64,000 nt of DNA from Scyliorhinus canicula. Lineage: Eukaryota. Below the pieces are notes generated by a model. The model made no database searches. It worked only from the letters and a program-made list of their open reading frames with translations, and was not told where the DNA came from. Numbering within the stretch: position 1 is the stretch's first letter; every line of letters starts with the position of its first letter. A program made the position numbers and the translations under genes. Positions 13,421-27,049 of this stretch are shown piece after piece. The stretch spans positions 5,596,711 to 5,660,710 of the forward strand of contig NC_052166.1 of assembly GCF_902713615.1 (NCBI RefSeq), read 5' to 3'.

Positions 13421-13511
13421 GAGTTTGGCTGGTGGCGGCCGCCCTGGGGGCAGCACTGGGCCGGGGGAGAGGCACTGACCAGGTCCCGGTGCTGGCCTGG
13501 TCCACTGAGAG
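13411..13511 (+). CDS. ATP6AP1: ATP6AP1 coding exon 1 (signal peptide)
   Basis: caagATGGCGG start in CpG island; [33 protein letters not shown]; donor AG|gtgagt. Confidence 0.9.
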
Positions 13512-16500
13512 GTGAGTGTGGAGAATCGGGGGCAGAGTGAATCCCCTTGGACACTGTCCCCATCAAACACACCCAGGACAGGTACAGCACGGGGTTAGAT
13601 ACAGAGTAAAGCTCCCTCTACACTGTCCCCATCAAACACTCCCAGGGCAGGTACAGCACAGGGTTAGATACAGAGTAAAGCTCCCTCTACACTGTCCCCA
13701 TCAAACACTCCCAGGACAGGTACAGCACGGGGTTAGATACAGAGTAAAGCTCCCTCTACACTGTCCCCATCCCTCCCAGGGCAGGTACAGCACGGGGTTA
13801 GATACAGAGTAAAGCTCCCTCTACACTGTCCCCCTCAAACACAACCAGGACAGGTACAGCACGGGGTTAGATACAGAGTAAAGCTCCCTCTACACTGTCC
13901 CCATCAAACACTCCCAGGACAGGTACAGCACGGGGTTAGATACAGAGTAAAGCTCCCTATACACTGTCCCCATCAAACACTCCCGGGACAGGGACATGGA
14001 GTGTGAGGGCCGACCGGTAGCAGCTGGTATCTGATTTGAATCCAGTGCTAACACGGTTGCCTAACGCTGCATTTCTTTGCCACAGAGCACAGTTTCACTT
14101 CCTCGCTTCAGCCCTCCTGCTTTCCCGTCTCGGGCCCTTGGTGTCGGGAAGCAGGTGGACAGGTTTGCTGGGCGGCAGGTGGTGCCCAGTGACTGGACCA
14201 GTGGTCCCGATGCGCAGGGGCAGATCACGGCACCCAGCTTCGAACCCTGTCACGGCAGCCGGTGAAAACCTGTTTTCAATGAAAATCTGGAAGTGAAAGG
14301 CCGATGATGACCTCCAAGCCCTTTTTCTTTATTAAGGAAGGAAACCTGATCGACTCTTAACTGCCCTGGGAAACGGAGGGCAGTTAGGGATGGGCAATAA
14401 ATGAGGGCCCAACCCAGTCATGCTCACATCCCATAAATAAAACTTAAAAACACCTTGCATTTTCATAATGCATTTAACCCAGTCAAACCCACCCCCTGAG
14501 GCGTTTCACAGGAGGATAAATCAGGCAGAATCTGACCCACAAGTGACCGGTGGACATATCAGGGAGAGGCGGCCAGAAGCTCATCAAAAAGATTGGTTTC
14601 CAAGTCGCATCGTAAAGGGGAGATGGGTGGGAACGGAGCCAGCTCACAGAGGATGGGAGAGGGTAAGAGGGGCTGGTGGAGGTTATAGAGATAGGGAGGG
14701 TTGTAGAGGATGGAGGTTACAGAGATGGGGTTGTTGGGGCTGGAGGAAGTGAGAGATAGGAAGGGTTGTTGGGGCTGGAGGAGGTTACAGAGATAGGGAG
14801 GGTTGTAGGGGCTGGAGGTGGTTACCGAGATAGGGAGGGTTGTAGGGTCTGGAGGAGGTTACAGAGATAGGGAGGGTTGTAGGGACTGGAGGCGGTTACA
14901 GAGATAGGGAGGTTGTAGGGGCTGGAGGAGGTTACAGAGATAGGGAGGGTTGTCGGGGCAGGAGGAGATTACAGGGATAGGGAGGGTTGTCGGGGCTGGA
15001 GGAGGTTACAGAGATGGGGAGGGTTGTCGGGGCTGGAGGTGGTTACAGAGATAGGGAGGTTTGTAGGGTCTGGAGGAGGTTACAGATAGGGAGGGTTGTA
15101 TGGACTGGAGGAGGTTACAGAGATACGGCGGGTTATAGGGTCTGGAGGAGGTTACAGAGATAGGGAGGGTTGTAGAGGCTGGAGGAGGTTACAGAGATAA
15201 GGAGGATTGTAGGGGCTGGAGGAGGTTACAGAGATAGGGAGGGTTGTAGGGGCTGGAGGAGGTTACAGAGATAGGGAGGGTTGTAGTGGCTGGAGGAGGT
15301 TACAGAGATAGGGAGGGTTGTAGGGGCTGGAGGAGGTTACAGAGATACGGCGGGTTATAGGGTCTGGAGGAGGTTACAGAGATAGGGAGGGTTGTAGGGG
15401 CTGGAGGAGGTTACAGAGATAGGGAGGGTTATAGGGGCTGGAGGAGGTTACAGAGATAGGGAGGGTTGTAGGGGCTGGAGGAGGTTACAGATAGGGAGGG
15501 ATGTAGGGGCTGGAGGAGGTTACAGAGATAGGGAGGGTGTAGGGGCTGGAGGAGGTTACAGAGATAGGGAGGGTGTAGGGGCTGGAGGAGGTGACAGAGA
15601 TAGGGAGGGTTGTAGGCATTGGGCGAGGTTACAGTGATGAGGGGGGAGGAGTCCATGGAGGGATTTCTCTACAAGGATATGGTTAGCACTGCTGCCGCAC
15701 AGGGACCCGGTTTGGGATGAGCTGAAGATTCCCAGTAGAATATGAGAGAACGACAGAATAGTTGAGTTTAGCGGTGATGGGGGTTTTCACAGCGGATGTG
15801 TTGAGACGGGGGGAGAGAGTCGGGCGATGTTACACCGGTGGGCGGTCCGTGTGATGGTGCCTAACATGAGGTCAGAAACCCATCTCGGGGGTCAACAGCG
15901 AGGTTGTGAATGGGCTGGCTTCACCTCCGAGTCTTCCCAGGGTGCGGTATGGAAACGGTCTGAACCGAGAACATGTCTTCAGTCTATGCATTATTCAATT
16001 GAGGGAAATTGCAGAGTTTGAAGGGAGGACCGTGAAATGGTTGTTTCCCTCTTCCCAATATTCCGTTGGGGGGAATTTCTGCTCGTGCGGTACTAGATTT
16101 TGGATGAGCAGATAGATAATTTTGAGACAATGGCATCGTAGAGAGAGGTGGGAGGGTAAAGGCAGCATGTTTGCACAGTGGTTAGCACTGTTGCCTCAAA
16201 GCTCCATGGACCCAGGTTCCATTCCTGGCTTGAGTCACTGTGTGGAGTCTGCACGTTCTCCCCGTGCCTGCGTGGGTTTCCTCCGGGTGTTCCGGTTTCC
16301 TCACACAGTCCAAAGACGTGCTGTTAGGTGAATTAGAACATAGAACATTACAGCACAGTACGGGCCCTTCGGCCCTCGATGTTGCGCCGACCTGTGAAAC
16401 CATCTGAAGCCTATCTGACCTACACTATTCCATTTTCATCCATATGTCTATCCAGTGACCACTTAAATGCCCTTAAAGTTGGCGAGTCTACTACTGTTGC

Positions 16501-19500
16501 AGGCAGGGCGTTCCACACCCCTACTACTCTGAGTAAAGAAACTGCCTCTGACATCTGTCCTATATCTACCACCCCTCAATTTAAAGCTATGTCCCCTGGT
16601 GTTGGTCATCACCATCCGAGGAAAAAGACTCTCACTGTCCACCCTATCTAACCCTCTGACTATCTTATATGTCTCTATTAAGTCACCTCTCAGCCTTCTC
16701 CTCTCTAACGAAAACAACCTCAAGTCCCTGAGCCTTTCCTCGTAAGACCTTCCCTCCATACCAGGCAACATCCTAGTAAATCTCCTCTGAACCTTTTCCA
16801 AAGCTTCCACATCCTTCCTATAATGCGGTGACCAGAACTGCATGCAGTACTCCAGGTGCGGCCGCACCTGAGTTTTGTACAGCTGCAGCATGACCTCGTG
16901 GCTCCGAAACTCAATCCCCCTACTGATAAAGGCTAGCACACCATATGCCTTCTTAACAGCCCTATTAACCTGGGTGGCAACTTTCAGGGATTTATGTACC
17001 TGGATGCCGAGATCTCTCTGTTCATCTGCACTACCAAGAATCTTGCCATTAGCCCAGTACTCTGCATTCCTGTTACTCCTTCCAAAGTGAACCACCTCAC
17101 ACTTTTCCGCATTAAACTCCATCTGCCACCTCTCAGCCCAGCTCTGCAGCTTATCTATGTCCCTCTGTAACCTATAACATCCTTCAGCACTATCCACAAC
17201 TCCACCGACCATCGTGTCATCTGCAAATTTATTAACCCATCCTTCTACACCCTCTTCCAGGTCATTTATAAAAATGACAAACAGCAGTGGCCCCAAAACA
17301 GATCCTTGCGGTACACCACTAGTAACTGAACTCCAGGATGAACATTTGCCATCAACCACCGCCCTCTGTCTTCTTTCAACTAGCCAATTACTGATCCAAA
17401 CTGCTAAATCACCTTCAATCACATACTTCTGTATTTTCTGCAATAGTCTACCGTGGGGAACCTTATCAAACGCCTTAGGGTTAGGCATTAGACATTCTGA
17501 ATTCTCCCTCTGGGTACCCGAACAGGTGCCGGAGTGTGGCGACGAGGGGCTTTTCACAGTAACTTCATTGCAGTGTTAATGTGAGCCGACTTGTGACACT
17601 AATAAAGATTATTTTNNNNNNNNNNNNNNNNNNNNNNNNNNNNNNNNNNNNNNNNNNNNNNNNNNNNNNNNNNNNNNNNNNNNNNNNNNNNNNNNNNNNN
17701 NNNNNNNNNNNNNNNNNNNNNNNNNNNNNNNNNNNNNNNNNNNNNNNNNNNNNNNNNNNNNNNNNNNNNNNNNNNNNNNNNNNNNNNNNNNNNNNNNNNN
17801 NNNNNNNNNNNNNNNNNNNNNNNNNNNNNNNNNNNNNNNNNNNNNNNNNNNNNNNNNNNNNNNNNNNNNNNNNNNNNNNNNNNNNNNNNNNNNNNNNNNN
17901 NNNNNNNNNNNNNNNNNNNNNNNNNNNNNNNNNNNNNNNNNNNNNNNNNNNNNNNNNNNNNNNNNNNNNNNNNNNNNNNNNNNNNNNNNNNNNNNNNNNN
18001 NNNNNNNNNNNNNNNNNNNNNNNNNNNNNNNNNNNNNNNNNNNNNNNNNNNNNNNNNNNNNNNNNNNNNNNNNNNNNNNNNNNNNNNNNNNNNNNNNNNN
18101 NNNNNNNNNNNNNNNTGTATCTTCCATAGTCTGCTTTATTGCTGATTGTCCTATTTGGGTTATCAGAGCCATAGGAATCGAATGTTTCCCCAGAAACCTG
18201 ATGTAACCTGATCACATCAGTGTGAACGTCATCGATGTGAATTTCAGATGATGCGCAAGTGTGAGAGAATTTGTGTCTCTTTGCTGTCTTCCAGATAACA
18301 TTATCGGGCAAGTGTTGGAGACTCTGAAAACGGAAGAAGTCCCTTTCCTCGCCATCCTCACTGCATCTCGGCCGTCCAGGGTAAGCTCCCATAACAAAAC
18401 CTGGGAGCAGGAGGAGGCCATTCTCTGCCTCTCGAATGCTGCTATCCCATTCGATAATATTGTGTCTGATCTGAACGGGACCTCAACTCCACTTCACTGT
18501 CCGTCCGTCCATGTCGTCGTCCCCCCCAAAAACCCTCTACCCCCCTCGTCAATCAGAAATCTGTCTAACTCGGCCTTGAATGTATTCAATGAGCAGCCCC
18601 CACTGCTGTTTTGGGGGGGTGGAATTCTTCTCTCCTTATCTCCCCTTATTCTCAAACTGTTTTCCCCCAGTTCATGATTCCTCTCCCCCGTAGAATCTAA
18701 TATGTTGCAATAAGGTCACCTCTAATTCTTCTGAACTCCGATGGGTACAGGGCCCCGACCTGCTCAACCCTTTCCTCATCAGGCAAACCCCCTTCATCCC
18801 AACATTTGGACTAATGAACCTTCCCTGAACAGCCTCCAAAATGAGGACATCCCTTCCTTAAGTAAGGGTAAGGAGGCCAAAACTCTATGCAGTACTCCAG
18901 CTGCGGAAACGCCAACACCCTATACAGTTGGAGCGAAGCTTCCCGACCTCTACACTCCATCCCCACCCCCGGTCCCCATGTCAGCTGTTGATTGATTGGC
19001 ACTTTGCTGAGCAGGTCTCTCATCCTCTCCACAGATTGTCCGGGAAGGTCCCATCATCTCGCTGGGTCCCAGTAGGCAGCTCCTAGCCGAGGAGGAGAAA
19101 GAAAAGGAGCCCTACCCTCCGCTGGCCTACAACCACACCGCTGGATCTCCCTGCATCCTGTTCTGGGCAGCCAGGATCCTGCTCTCCAATGGGGACAAGG
19201 TCGTGGACCTGACCAATCGCACCTTTGGCGACGGCGCCACAGTCAATATCGGCACCTCCACCTGCTCCAACCATACGACGAAGTAGGTTAATGCCCTGAA
19301 ACTGCTCGCTTGCCAGAACTTTCACCCAACCACAGCCCACCTCCGGGAGTCTGAGCCCATTCGGTTAACCCCCACCAGCCTTCTCGAGCCTGTTACACAG
19401 GAACAGGAGGAGGCCCATTCAGCCTCTCGAGCCTGTTACACAGGAACAGGAGGAGGCCCATTCAGCCCCTCGAGCCTGTTACAGAGGAACAGGAGGAGGC

Positions 19501-21371
19501 CCATTCAGCCCCTCTCGAGCCTGTTACAGAGGAACAGGAGGAGGCCCATTCAGCCCCCCCTCGAGCCTGTTACAGAGGAACAGGAGGAGGCCCATTCAGC
19601 CCCACTCGAGCCTGTTACACAGGAACAGGAGGAGGCCATTCAGCCCCTCTCGAGCCTGTTACACAGGAACAGGAGGAGGCCATTCAGTCTCTCTCGAGCC
19701 TGTTACACAGGAACAGGAGGAGGCCCATTCAGCCCCCCTCAAGCCTGTTACAGAGGAACAGGAGGAGGCCCATTCAGCCCCTCTCGAGCCTGTTACACAG
19801 GAACAGGAGGAGGCCCATTCAGCTTCTCTTGAGCCTGTTGCACAGGAACAGGAGGAGGCCATTCAGTCTCTCTCGAGCCTGTTACAGAGGAACAGGAGGA
19901 GGCCCATTCAGCCCCTCTCGAGCCTGTTACAGAGGAACAGGAGGAGGCCCATTCAGCCCCTCTCGAGCCTGTTACACAGGAACAGGAGGAGGCCCATTCA
20001 GCCCCTCTCGAGCCTGTTACACAGGAACAGGAGGAGGCCCATTCAGCCCCCCTCGAGCCTGTTACACAGGAACAGGAGGAGGCCCATTCAGCCCCTCTCC
20101 AGCCTGTTACACAGGAANNNNNNNNNNNNNNNNNNNNNNNNNNNNNNNNNNNNNNNNNNNNNNNNNNNNNNNNNNNNNNNNNNNNNNNNNNNNNNNNNNN
20201 NNNNNNNNNNNNNNNNNNNNNNNNNNNNNNNNNNNNNNNNNNNNNNACAGGAGGAGGCCCATTCAGTCTCTCTCTCGAGCCTGTTACAGAGGAACAGGAG
20301 GAGGCCCATTCAGCCCCTCTCGAGCCTGTTACAGAGGAACAGGAGGAGGCCCATTCAGCCCCTCTTGAGCCTGTTACACAGGAACAGGAGGAGGCCCATT
20401 CAGCCCCCCTCGAGCCTGTTACACAGGAACAGGAGGAGGCCCATTCAGTCTCTCTCTCTCGAACCTGTTACACAGGAACAGGAAGAGGCCCATTCAGCCT
20501 CTCGAGCCTGTTACACAGGAACGGGGGGGGGGGGCCCATTCAGCCCCCCTCTCGAGTCTGTTACACAGGAACAGGAGGAGGCCCATTCAGCCCCTCTCCA
20601 GCCTGTTACACAGGAACAGGAGGAGGCCCATTCAGCCCCCCTCTCGAGCCTGTTACACAGGAACAGGAGGAGGCCCATTCAGCCTCTCGAGCCTGTTACA
20701 CAGGAACAGGAGGAGGCCCATTCAGTCTCTCTCTCTCTCTCTCTCTCTCTCGAGCCTGTTACACAGGAACAGGAGGAGGCCTCATTCAGCCCCTCTTGAG
20801 ACTTTCACAGTCTTCCTCAGAACTAATTGTGAGAGGAGATCAAAATAACATGGGCTTCGGTGAGTCAATGATGGAGGAGATGGTGGTGGAACGTGTGGGG
20901 AAGGGATGGAGACGGTGGGGAGAGGGCAGGGCAGGGAAAAATATGGGGGGAAGAGCGTCTCTGTAATGTGAATGTTGGGTTTGTCTGCAGCGGCGAGATG
21001 GGGCACTGGTTGGTTGATTTTTAAGAGGGTCTGGCCATGTTGGAAATACACCGGTGTATTTGTTAGTGGGGATTAGTTTGTTGGCTTTGTGTCTGTTCAG
21101 GCGGCAACTGAGTGTCGTTTGGGGGCTGAAATGTTTTGGCTGTTGGGAGCGCCATCCTTGCCTACCCAGACCCCCTTTCACATCACACCAGAAAATAGTT
21201 TACAATTGACCTCTAAACAATGGCAATCGATAGTGAATACAGTAACCCTTAACTGCTATCTTTATTCCCACTAAAACAACAAGAGAAAACCCTTGCACAG
21301 TCTCGGGCTCGCTATCAGAAGGCGAGGTTGCATGTGACTGCGCCACCTTCTGCAGTGCAGTGGCCGCTCTG

Positions 21372-21404
<33 letters not shown>

Positions 21405-24400
21405 GGCCCATCCCCACCAGGGCTAGAACGTCAGAGGGTTTCGGTCCTCAGCTTTTGGAGGGAGGGGGGTCCAGGTTGGAGGTGGGTTTTGACACTGGTT
21501 GTGTTGCTGTTTTCTAACTGGCTTCTTTCATTCCCCCATTAGCCTCGCTCTTGAGTACAGCAATGTGGAGTCTCTGGGTGCCTTGAGAATTATGTAAGTG
21601 TTTCACCACCGAGGTCATCTAACCTGATTCCCAGCCTGCGACAGCCAACGTTCTCCCCCTCCCCAATACCTCGCCGCCGTGCCGAGATTTGTTTGTACTC
21701 GCAGCTCGAATAATCCCTGCACGTTATTACGGTCCCCGACAAGACCCCAACAGTGGCTCGGGCACTGGACAGAACCCCCAATGTTTTATTTTAATTTTGT
21801 AAGACTGAGGAGCCAGGATTTCAGGAAGAAATAGGGATATGGTTTATTAAAACAAACTTTCTTACAAACACAGCATTAAAAGTCCAAAGATGTGCAGGTT
21901 AGGTGGATTGGCCATGATAGTGTCCAAAATTGCCCTTAAGTGTTGGGTGGGGGTACTGGGTTATGGGGATAGGGTGGAGGTGTTGACCGTGGGTAGGGTG
22001 CTCTTTCCAAGAGCCGGTGCAGACTCGATGGGCCGAATGGCCTCCTTCTGCACTGTAAATTCTAGGAAAATATCTTCAACATCACGCCAGAAAATGGTTT
22101 ACAATTGACCCCTAAACAATGCCAATCAATATAGCGAATACAGTAATCTTTAACTGCTATCTTTATTCCCACTAAAACAACAAGAGAAAACCCATCTCTG
22201 CTCTCAATCCACTGTTCAGATACCATTAGCACATAGGAATACCTGCTGTATTGAGAGAGATCTTGTGCCACTGCGCCAAAGAAAAGATCTGACTCCTGTC
22301 AGAACCATGCAGAAACTTTGGCTGTTTTTCTTCAGAAGCTGCTCTGCTCACCTTCTAATCAGACCAGTCTGAGAGGCTGCTAATACATCTACAGACATAG
22401 CTTAACCCTGCCCTCTCCCCACCCTCTCCATCCCTTCCTTTAGCTTAACTACAGAGAGCAAACTGCTTGACCTCTGCTGACCGCTCCATCTAAAGCTCCG
22501 CTGACCTACTTTTCCTGCAAAATGCTTGATACTTTAGCCCCACCCAGTAACAACATCACTCTACAGAGCTGAAATACTCTTAGACCATAAGACATAGCAG
22601 CAGAATTGGGCCACTCGGCCCATCGGGTCTGCTCCGCCATTCAATCATGACTGATATCTTTCTCATCCCCATTCTCCTGCTTTCTCCCCATAACGCCTGA
22701 TCCCCTTATTAATCAAGAACCTATCTATCTCTGTCTGAAAGACACTCAGTGATTTGGCCTCCACAGCCTTCGGCGGCAAAGAGTTCCACAGATTCACCAC
22801 CCTCTGGCTGAAGAAATTCCTCCTCCTCTGTTTTAAAGGATCATCCCTTTAGTCTGAGATGGTGTCCTCTGCTTCCAGTTTTTCCTACAAATGGAAGCAT
22901 CCTCTCCACGCCCACTCGATCCAGGCCTCGTAGTATCCTGTAAGTTTCAATAAGATCCCCCCCCTTCATCCGTCTAAACTCCGAATATAGACCCAGGGTC
23001 CTCAACCGTTCCTCATATGACAAGCTCTTCATTCCAGGGATCATTCTTGTGAACCTCCTCTGGACACTTTCCAAGGCCAGCACATCCTTCCTTAGATACG
23101 GGGCCCAAAACTGCTCACAATACTCCAAATGAGGTCTGGCCAGAGACTTGTACAGCCTCAGAAGTACATCCCAGGTCTTGTATTCTAGCCCTCTCGACAT
23201 GAATGCTAAAATTGCATTTGCCTTCCTAACTGCCGACTGAACCTGCACGTTAACCTGAAGAGAATCATGAACAAGGACTCCCAAGTCCCTTTGTGCTTCT
23301 GCTTTCATAAGCACCTTCCCAGTTAGAAAATAGTCGATGCCTAAATTCCTCCTTCCAAAGTGCATAACCTCACACTTTTCCACATTGTATCCCATCTGCC
23401 ACTTCATTGCCCGCTCTCCTAGCCTGTCCAAATCCTTCTGCAGCCCTCCTGCTTCCTCAATGCTACCTGTCCCTCTTCAGATCTTTATATCATCTGCAAA
23501 CTTATCAACGGTGCCTTCAGTTCCTTCTTCCAGATCATTAATGTATATTGTGGAAAGTTGTGGTCCCAGCACAGACCCCTGAGGCACACCACTAGTCACC
23601 GGCTGCCATCCTGAAAGAGACTCCTTTATCCCCACTTTCTGCCAGTCAGCCAATCCTCTAACCATGCCAGGATCTTGCCCTTTGGGCAGCATGGTGGTTG
23701 GCACTTGGCTTCACAATGCCAGGGTCCCAGGTTCAATTCCCGGCTTGGGTCACTGTCTGTGCGGAGTCTGCACGTCCTCCCCATGTGTGCGTGGGTTTCC
23801 TCCGGGTGCTCCGGTTTCCTCCCACAGCCCAAAGATGTGCAGGTTAGGTGGATTGGCCATGATAAATTGCCCTTAGTGTCCAAAAAGTTTAGGAGGGGTT
23901 ATTGGCTTAGGGGGATAAGGTGGAAGTGAGGGCTTAAGTGGGTCGGTGCAGACTCGATGGGCTGAATGGCCGCCTCCTGCACTGTATGTTCTATGTTAAC
24001 ACCATGGGCTCTTTATTTAAGTCTCCTATGCGGCACCTTGTCAATGGCCTTCTGGAAATCTAAATAAATCACTTCCACTGGTTCTCCTTTGTCTAACTTC
24101 CTTGTTACTTCCTCAAAGAACTCTAACAGATTTGCCAGACATGACCTCCCTTTGACAAAGCCGTGCTGACTCAGTCCAATTTTACCATGCAGTCCCAAGT
24201 ACTCTGCGATCTCATCTTTAATAACAGACTCTCAAATCTTCCCAATGACCGACGTCAGGCTAACCGGCCTATAATTTCCTGTCTTCTGCCTCCCTCCCTT
24301 CTTAAACAGTGGCGTTACATTAGCCACCTTCCAGTCCTCTGGGACCCTTCCTGCCTCCAGTGATTCCTGAAAGATCATCACCAATGCCTCCACAATCTCC

Positions 24401-25071
24401 TCAGCTATTAGAATCCTGGGGTGTAGTCCATCTTGTCCAGGTGACTTATCCACCTTCAGACCTTTCAGTTTCCCCAGAACCTTCTCCTTAGTAATGGTCA
24501 CTGCACTCACCTCTGCCCCCTGGTTCTCCTGGAGTTCTGGCATCTCACTGCTGTCTTCCACTGTGAAGACTGATGCAAAGTAATAATTCAGTTCCTCTGC
24601 CATTTCTGTTTCCTATTATTACTTCTTCAGCCACATTTTCCAGTGATCCAATATATATTTTTACCTCTCTCTTAGCTTTTATATATTGAAAAAACTCTTC
24701 CTATCTTCTTTTATATTACTAGCTAGCTTGCACTCATATTGCATCTTCTCCCCCTTTATTGCTTTTTTTAGTTGTCCTCTGCTCGCTTTTAAAGACTTCC
24801 CAATCCTCTAGTTTCCCACTAATCCTCGCCACTTTGTATGCTTTTTCTTTAGCCTTTATGCTGGCTTTGACTTCCCTCGTCAGCCATGGATGCCTTGTCC
24901 TGCCCTTAGCATGTTTCCTCCTCCTTGGGATGAATTTCTGTCGTGCCTCCTGAATAACCCCCAAAAACTCCTGCCGTTGCTGTTCCACTGTCTTCCCTGC
25001 TAGGTTCCTTTTCAACTCTGGCCAGCTCCCCTTTCACTGAGATCATGTCTAAACTGTGACACAACTCTAGC

Positions 25072-25105
<34 letters not shown>

Positions 25106-26577
25106 ACCCACTCTCCCATGTCCCCCGTATCCCCACCTAACCGGCATTTCTTTGGACACTACCGGACAATGATCGCAGCTAATCCACCCAACCTTCACGT
25201 GTATGGACTGTGGGAAGAAACCAGAGCACGCAGACACGGGGAGAAAGTGAAAACTCCACAGAGAGTCACCTGAGGCAGGAACCGAACCGCGTCGCTAACG
25301 CTGTGAGGCAGTCGTGCTAATCCGTGCCACTCAATGCTGCATTGCTCATGCTGTTGCCATGGAGAATCTGAACCAATTTGCCAACCAATTAGCCAGCTGT
25401 TCTCGTGCGGTAGAAATTGTTGCTTCCTGTGAAATTTGGCATTCTGGCATTTGTCCTGATTTTAAAAAAAACTCCATCTTTCTTCCCACCACAGATTCCG
25501 AATGTCCAGGCAGCTGTACAAGGTGTCCGCCAAGTACTGGTTCACCCTGGACCAGGTGGAGATCTACTCCAATGGGGAGCGCATCTCATTCAACGTTACC
25601 CAGGTCTATGCCCCGGCCATTTACTCCTATCACTGCAAACGTGTGGCCCAGGACTACGTGTCCAGCTCCATCCTCCCATGGTCCAGCAGCACCAGCTCCT
25701 GGGTGGTCATCTTCGAAGACTTTCAGGTACAGTCAACAATACATTGCCCTCCCCCAATTTTAACCCCCCCTCCCAGATTCCAGTCAGTAACTCACTCCCG
25801 GGTATCCGTTATTCTATATATAAACCACCCTGAACCCCTCGATTAGATTCCAGTCTGTAACTCACTCCTGGGTATCTGTTATTCTATATATAAACCATCC
25901 CGAACCCCTCGATTAGATTCCAGTCTGTAACTCACTCCTGGGTATCTGTTATTCTATATATAAACCATCCCAAACCCCTCGATTAGATTCCAGTCTGTAA
26001 CTCACTCCCGGGTATCTGTTATTCTATATATAAACCATCCCGAACCCCTCGATTAGATTCCAGTCTGTAACTCACTCCTGGGTATCTGTTATTCTATATA
26101 TAAACCATCCCGAACCCCTCGATTAGATTCCAGTCTGTAACTCACTCCCGGGTATCTGTTATTCTATATATAAACCATCCCGAACCCCTCGATTAGAATC
26201 CAGTCTGTAACTCACTCCTGGATATCTGAAATTCTATATATAAAGCACTCTGCACTAGTCAAAAGGCGCTAATAGTTGTTAGAATGTTAACTTATTGGTT
26301 TCCTCATTTGAGGCTAAATATGTTGCTGCTGTTGTATTTCCCCACCCACCCCCCATAACCTCTGCAGATCCAAGGCTTTGGTGTCAATGGGATGAGGTTC
26401 TCGTACGCCAGCGACTGTGCCAGTTTCTTCACGCCTGCCATCTGGATGGGGCTTCTCACCACCCTCCTCATGGTCTTCATCCTCACCTACGGACTCCATA
26501 TGATCACCAGCCTGAAGACCATGGACCGCTTCGACGACCCCAAGGGCCCCTCCATCTCCGTGCCGCAGACTGAGTGA
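13411..26577 (+). CDS. ATP6AP1: V-ATPase accessory subunit S1 (Ac45), spliced gene; internal exons missing in assembly gap
   Basis: GT-AG exons 13411-13511, 18295-18380, 19035-19282, 21543-21593, 25495-25726, 26368-26577. The last five join in frame. Recognisable motifs: [62 protein letters not shown]. Exons of 86, 232 and 210 nt equal the human sizes as recalled. Confidence 0.96.
13551..13993. repeat. 69-bp minisatellite in ATP6AP1 intron 1
   Basis: ACACTGTCCCCATCAAACACTCCCAGGACAGGTACAGCACGGGGTTAGATACAGAGTAAAGCTCCCTCT, about 6.5 units. Confidence 0.95.
14665..15635. repeat. 37-bp G-rich minisatellite inside an L2-like LINE remnant
   Basis: GGAGGAGGTTACAGAGATAGGGAGGGTTGTAGGGGCT repeats. Confidence 0.95.
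16335..17475 (-). mobile_element. CR1/HER1-type LINE, 5'-truncated RT
   Basis: ORF 16463-17557: [33 protein letters not shown]. Confidence 0.95.
17616..18115. other. assembly gap (500 N)
   Basis: N run. Confidence 1.
18295..18380 (+). CDS. ATP6AP1: ATP6AP1 exon (human exon 6 equivalent)
   Basis: ccag| (D)[28 protein letters not shown] |gtaagc; 86 nt. Confidence 0.92.
19035..19282 (+). CDS. ATP6AP1: ATP6AP1 exon (human exon 7 equivalent)
   Basis: acag| [34 protein letters not shown] |gtaggt. R-X-X-R furin-type sites (RPSR, RIVR) lie at the exon 6/7 junction. Confidence 0.92.
19378..20797. repeat. about 45-bp minisatellite, with a 129-N gap at 20118-20246
   Basis: GAGCCTGTTACACAGGAACAGGAGGAGGCCCATTCAGCCCCTCTC repeats. 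Confidence 0.95.
21543..21593 (+). CDS. ATP6AP1: ATP6AP1 exon (human exon 8 equivalent)
   Basis: pyrimidine tract + ttag| [16 protein letters not shown] |gtaagt; 51 nt, phase 2-2 fits the neighbouring exons. Confidence 0.85.
22585..25030 (-). mobile_element. CR1-type LINE (decayed ORF2) with HE1 SINE inserted at about 23684-23995
   Basis: RT motifs in ORFs 22841-23431, 24013-24198, 24232-24603. Confidence 0.93.
25495..25726 (+). CDS. ATP6AP1: ATP6AP1 exon (human exon 9 equivalent)
   Basis: acag| [33 protein letters not shown] |gtacag; 232 nt. Confidence 0.93.
25775..26245. repeat. 70-bp minisatellite in ATP6AP1 last intron
   Basis: CAGTCTGTAACTCACTCCTGGGTATCTGTTATTCTATATATAAACCATCCCGAACCCCTCGATTAGATTC, about 6.7 units. 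Confidence 0.95.
26368..26577 (+). CDS. ATP6AP1: ATP6AP1 last coding exon (TM helix and cytosolic tail)
   Basis: tgcag| [46 protein letters not shown]; 210 nt. Confidence 0.96.
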   Translation: MQGFGVNGMRFSYASDCASFFTPAIWMGLLTTLLMVFILTYGLHMITSLKTMDRFDDPKGPSISVPQTE

Positions 26578-27049
26578 TCGTGATCCACCCCGCGCGCGCG
26601 GACACACACCGCCACACTCTCCCCTGAGGTCTTCTGCCCTCACCCCCTCCGGCCTTCCCGTGCCAGCCGGGCACCTGGCGCGCGTCAATGACTTTAATTT
26701 AACTCTGTACTTAATCATGAGTGCCCTCTTACTTGCGCGCACATTCTCTCTCCTCAAACCCCTGCCCCCTGTATTTATGGGGCTCCTGTGTTCCCAGTCA
26801 GGAAACCCACCCCACATAACGTTTGTATATATTCCACTCTCTGCCTCCCTGTTCCTGTCTCAACTTATTCCCCAAGCAATCTGGCCAGTTGGTTTGCACA
26901 ATCTGTCTCACCGGGGAGCGGTAACTGTGGTTTTCATTACGCACACTTTCTTTAAATGCATGAATAGACAGACCCCTGATTGGGTTGATCTAAGGATTAC
27001 CAGTGTGATTACTTGCTTAACATGCTCTGCTGCTTTGGCGAGGGAAGGT

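Noticed and set aside
17565-18392. ORFs spanning the N run
   Set aside because: Artefacts of translating an assembly gap.
25072-25105. Long poly-C/poly-G tracts (also about 12645, 21375, 48283)
   Set aside because: Frequent throughout the window with no positional pattern; lengths are unreliable in sequencing, so no function can be supported.
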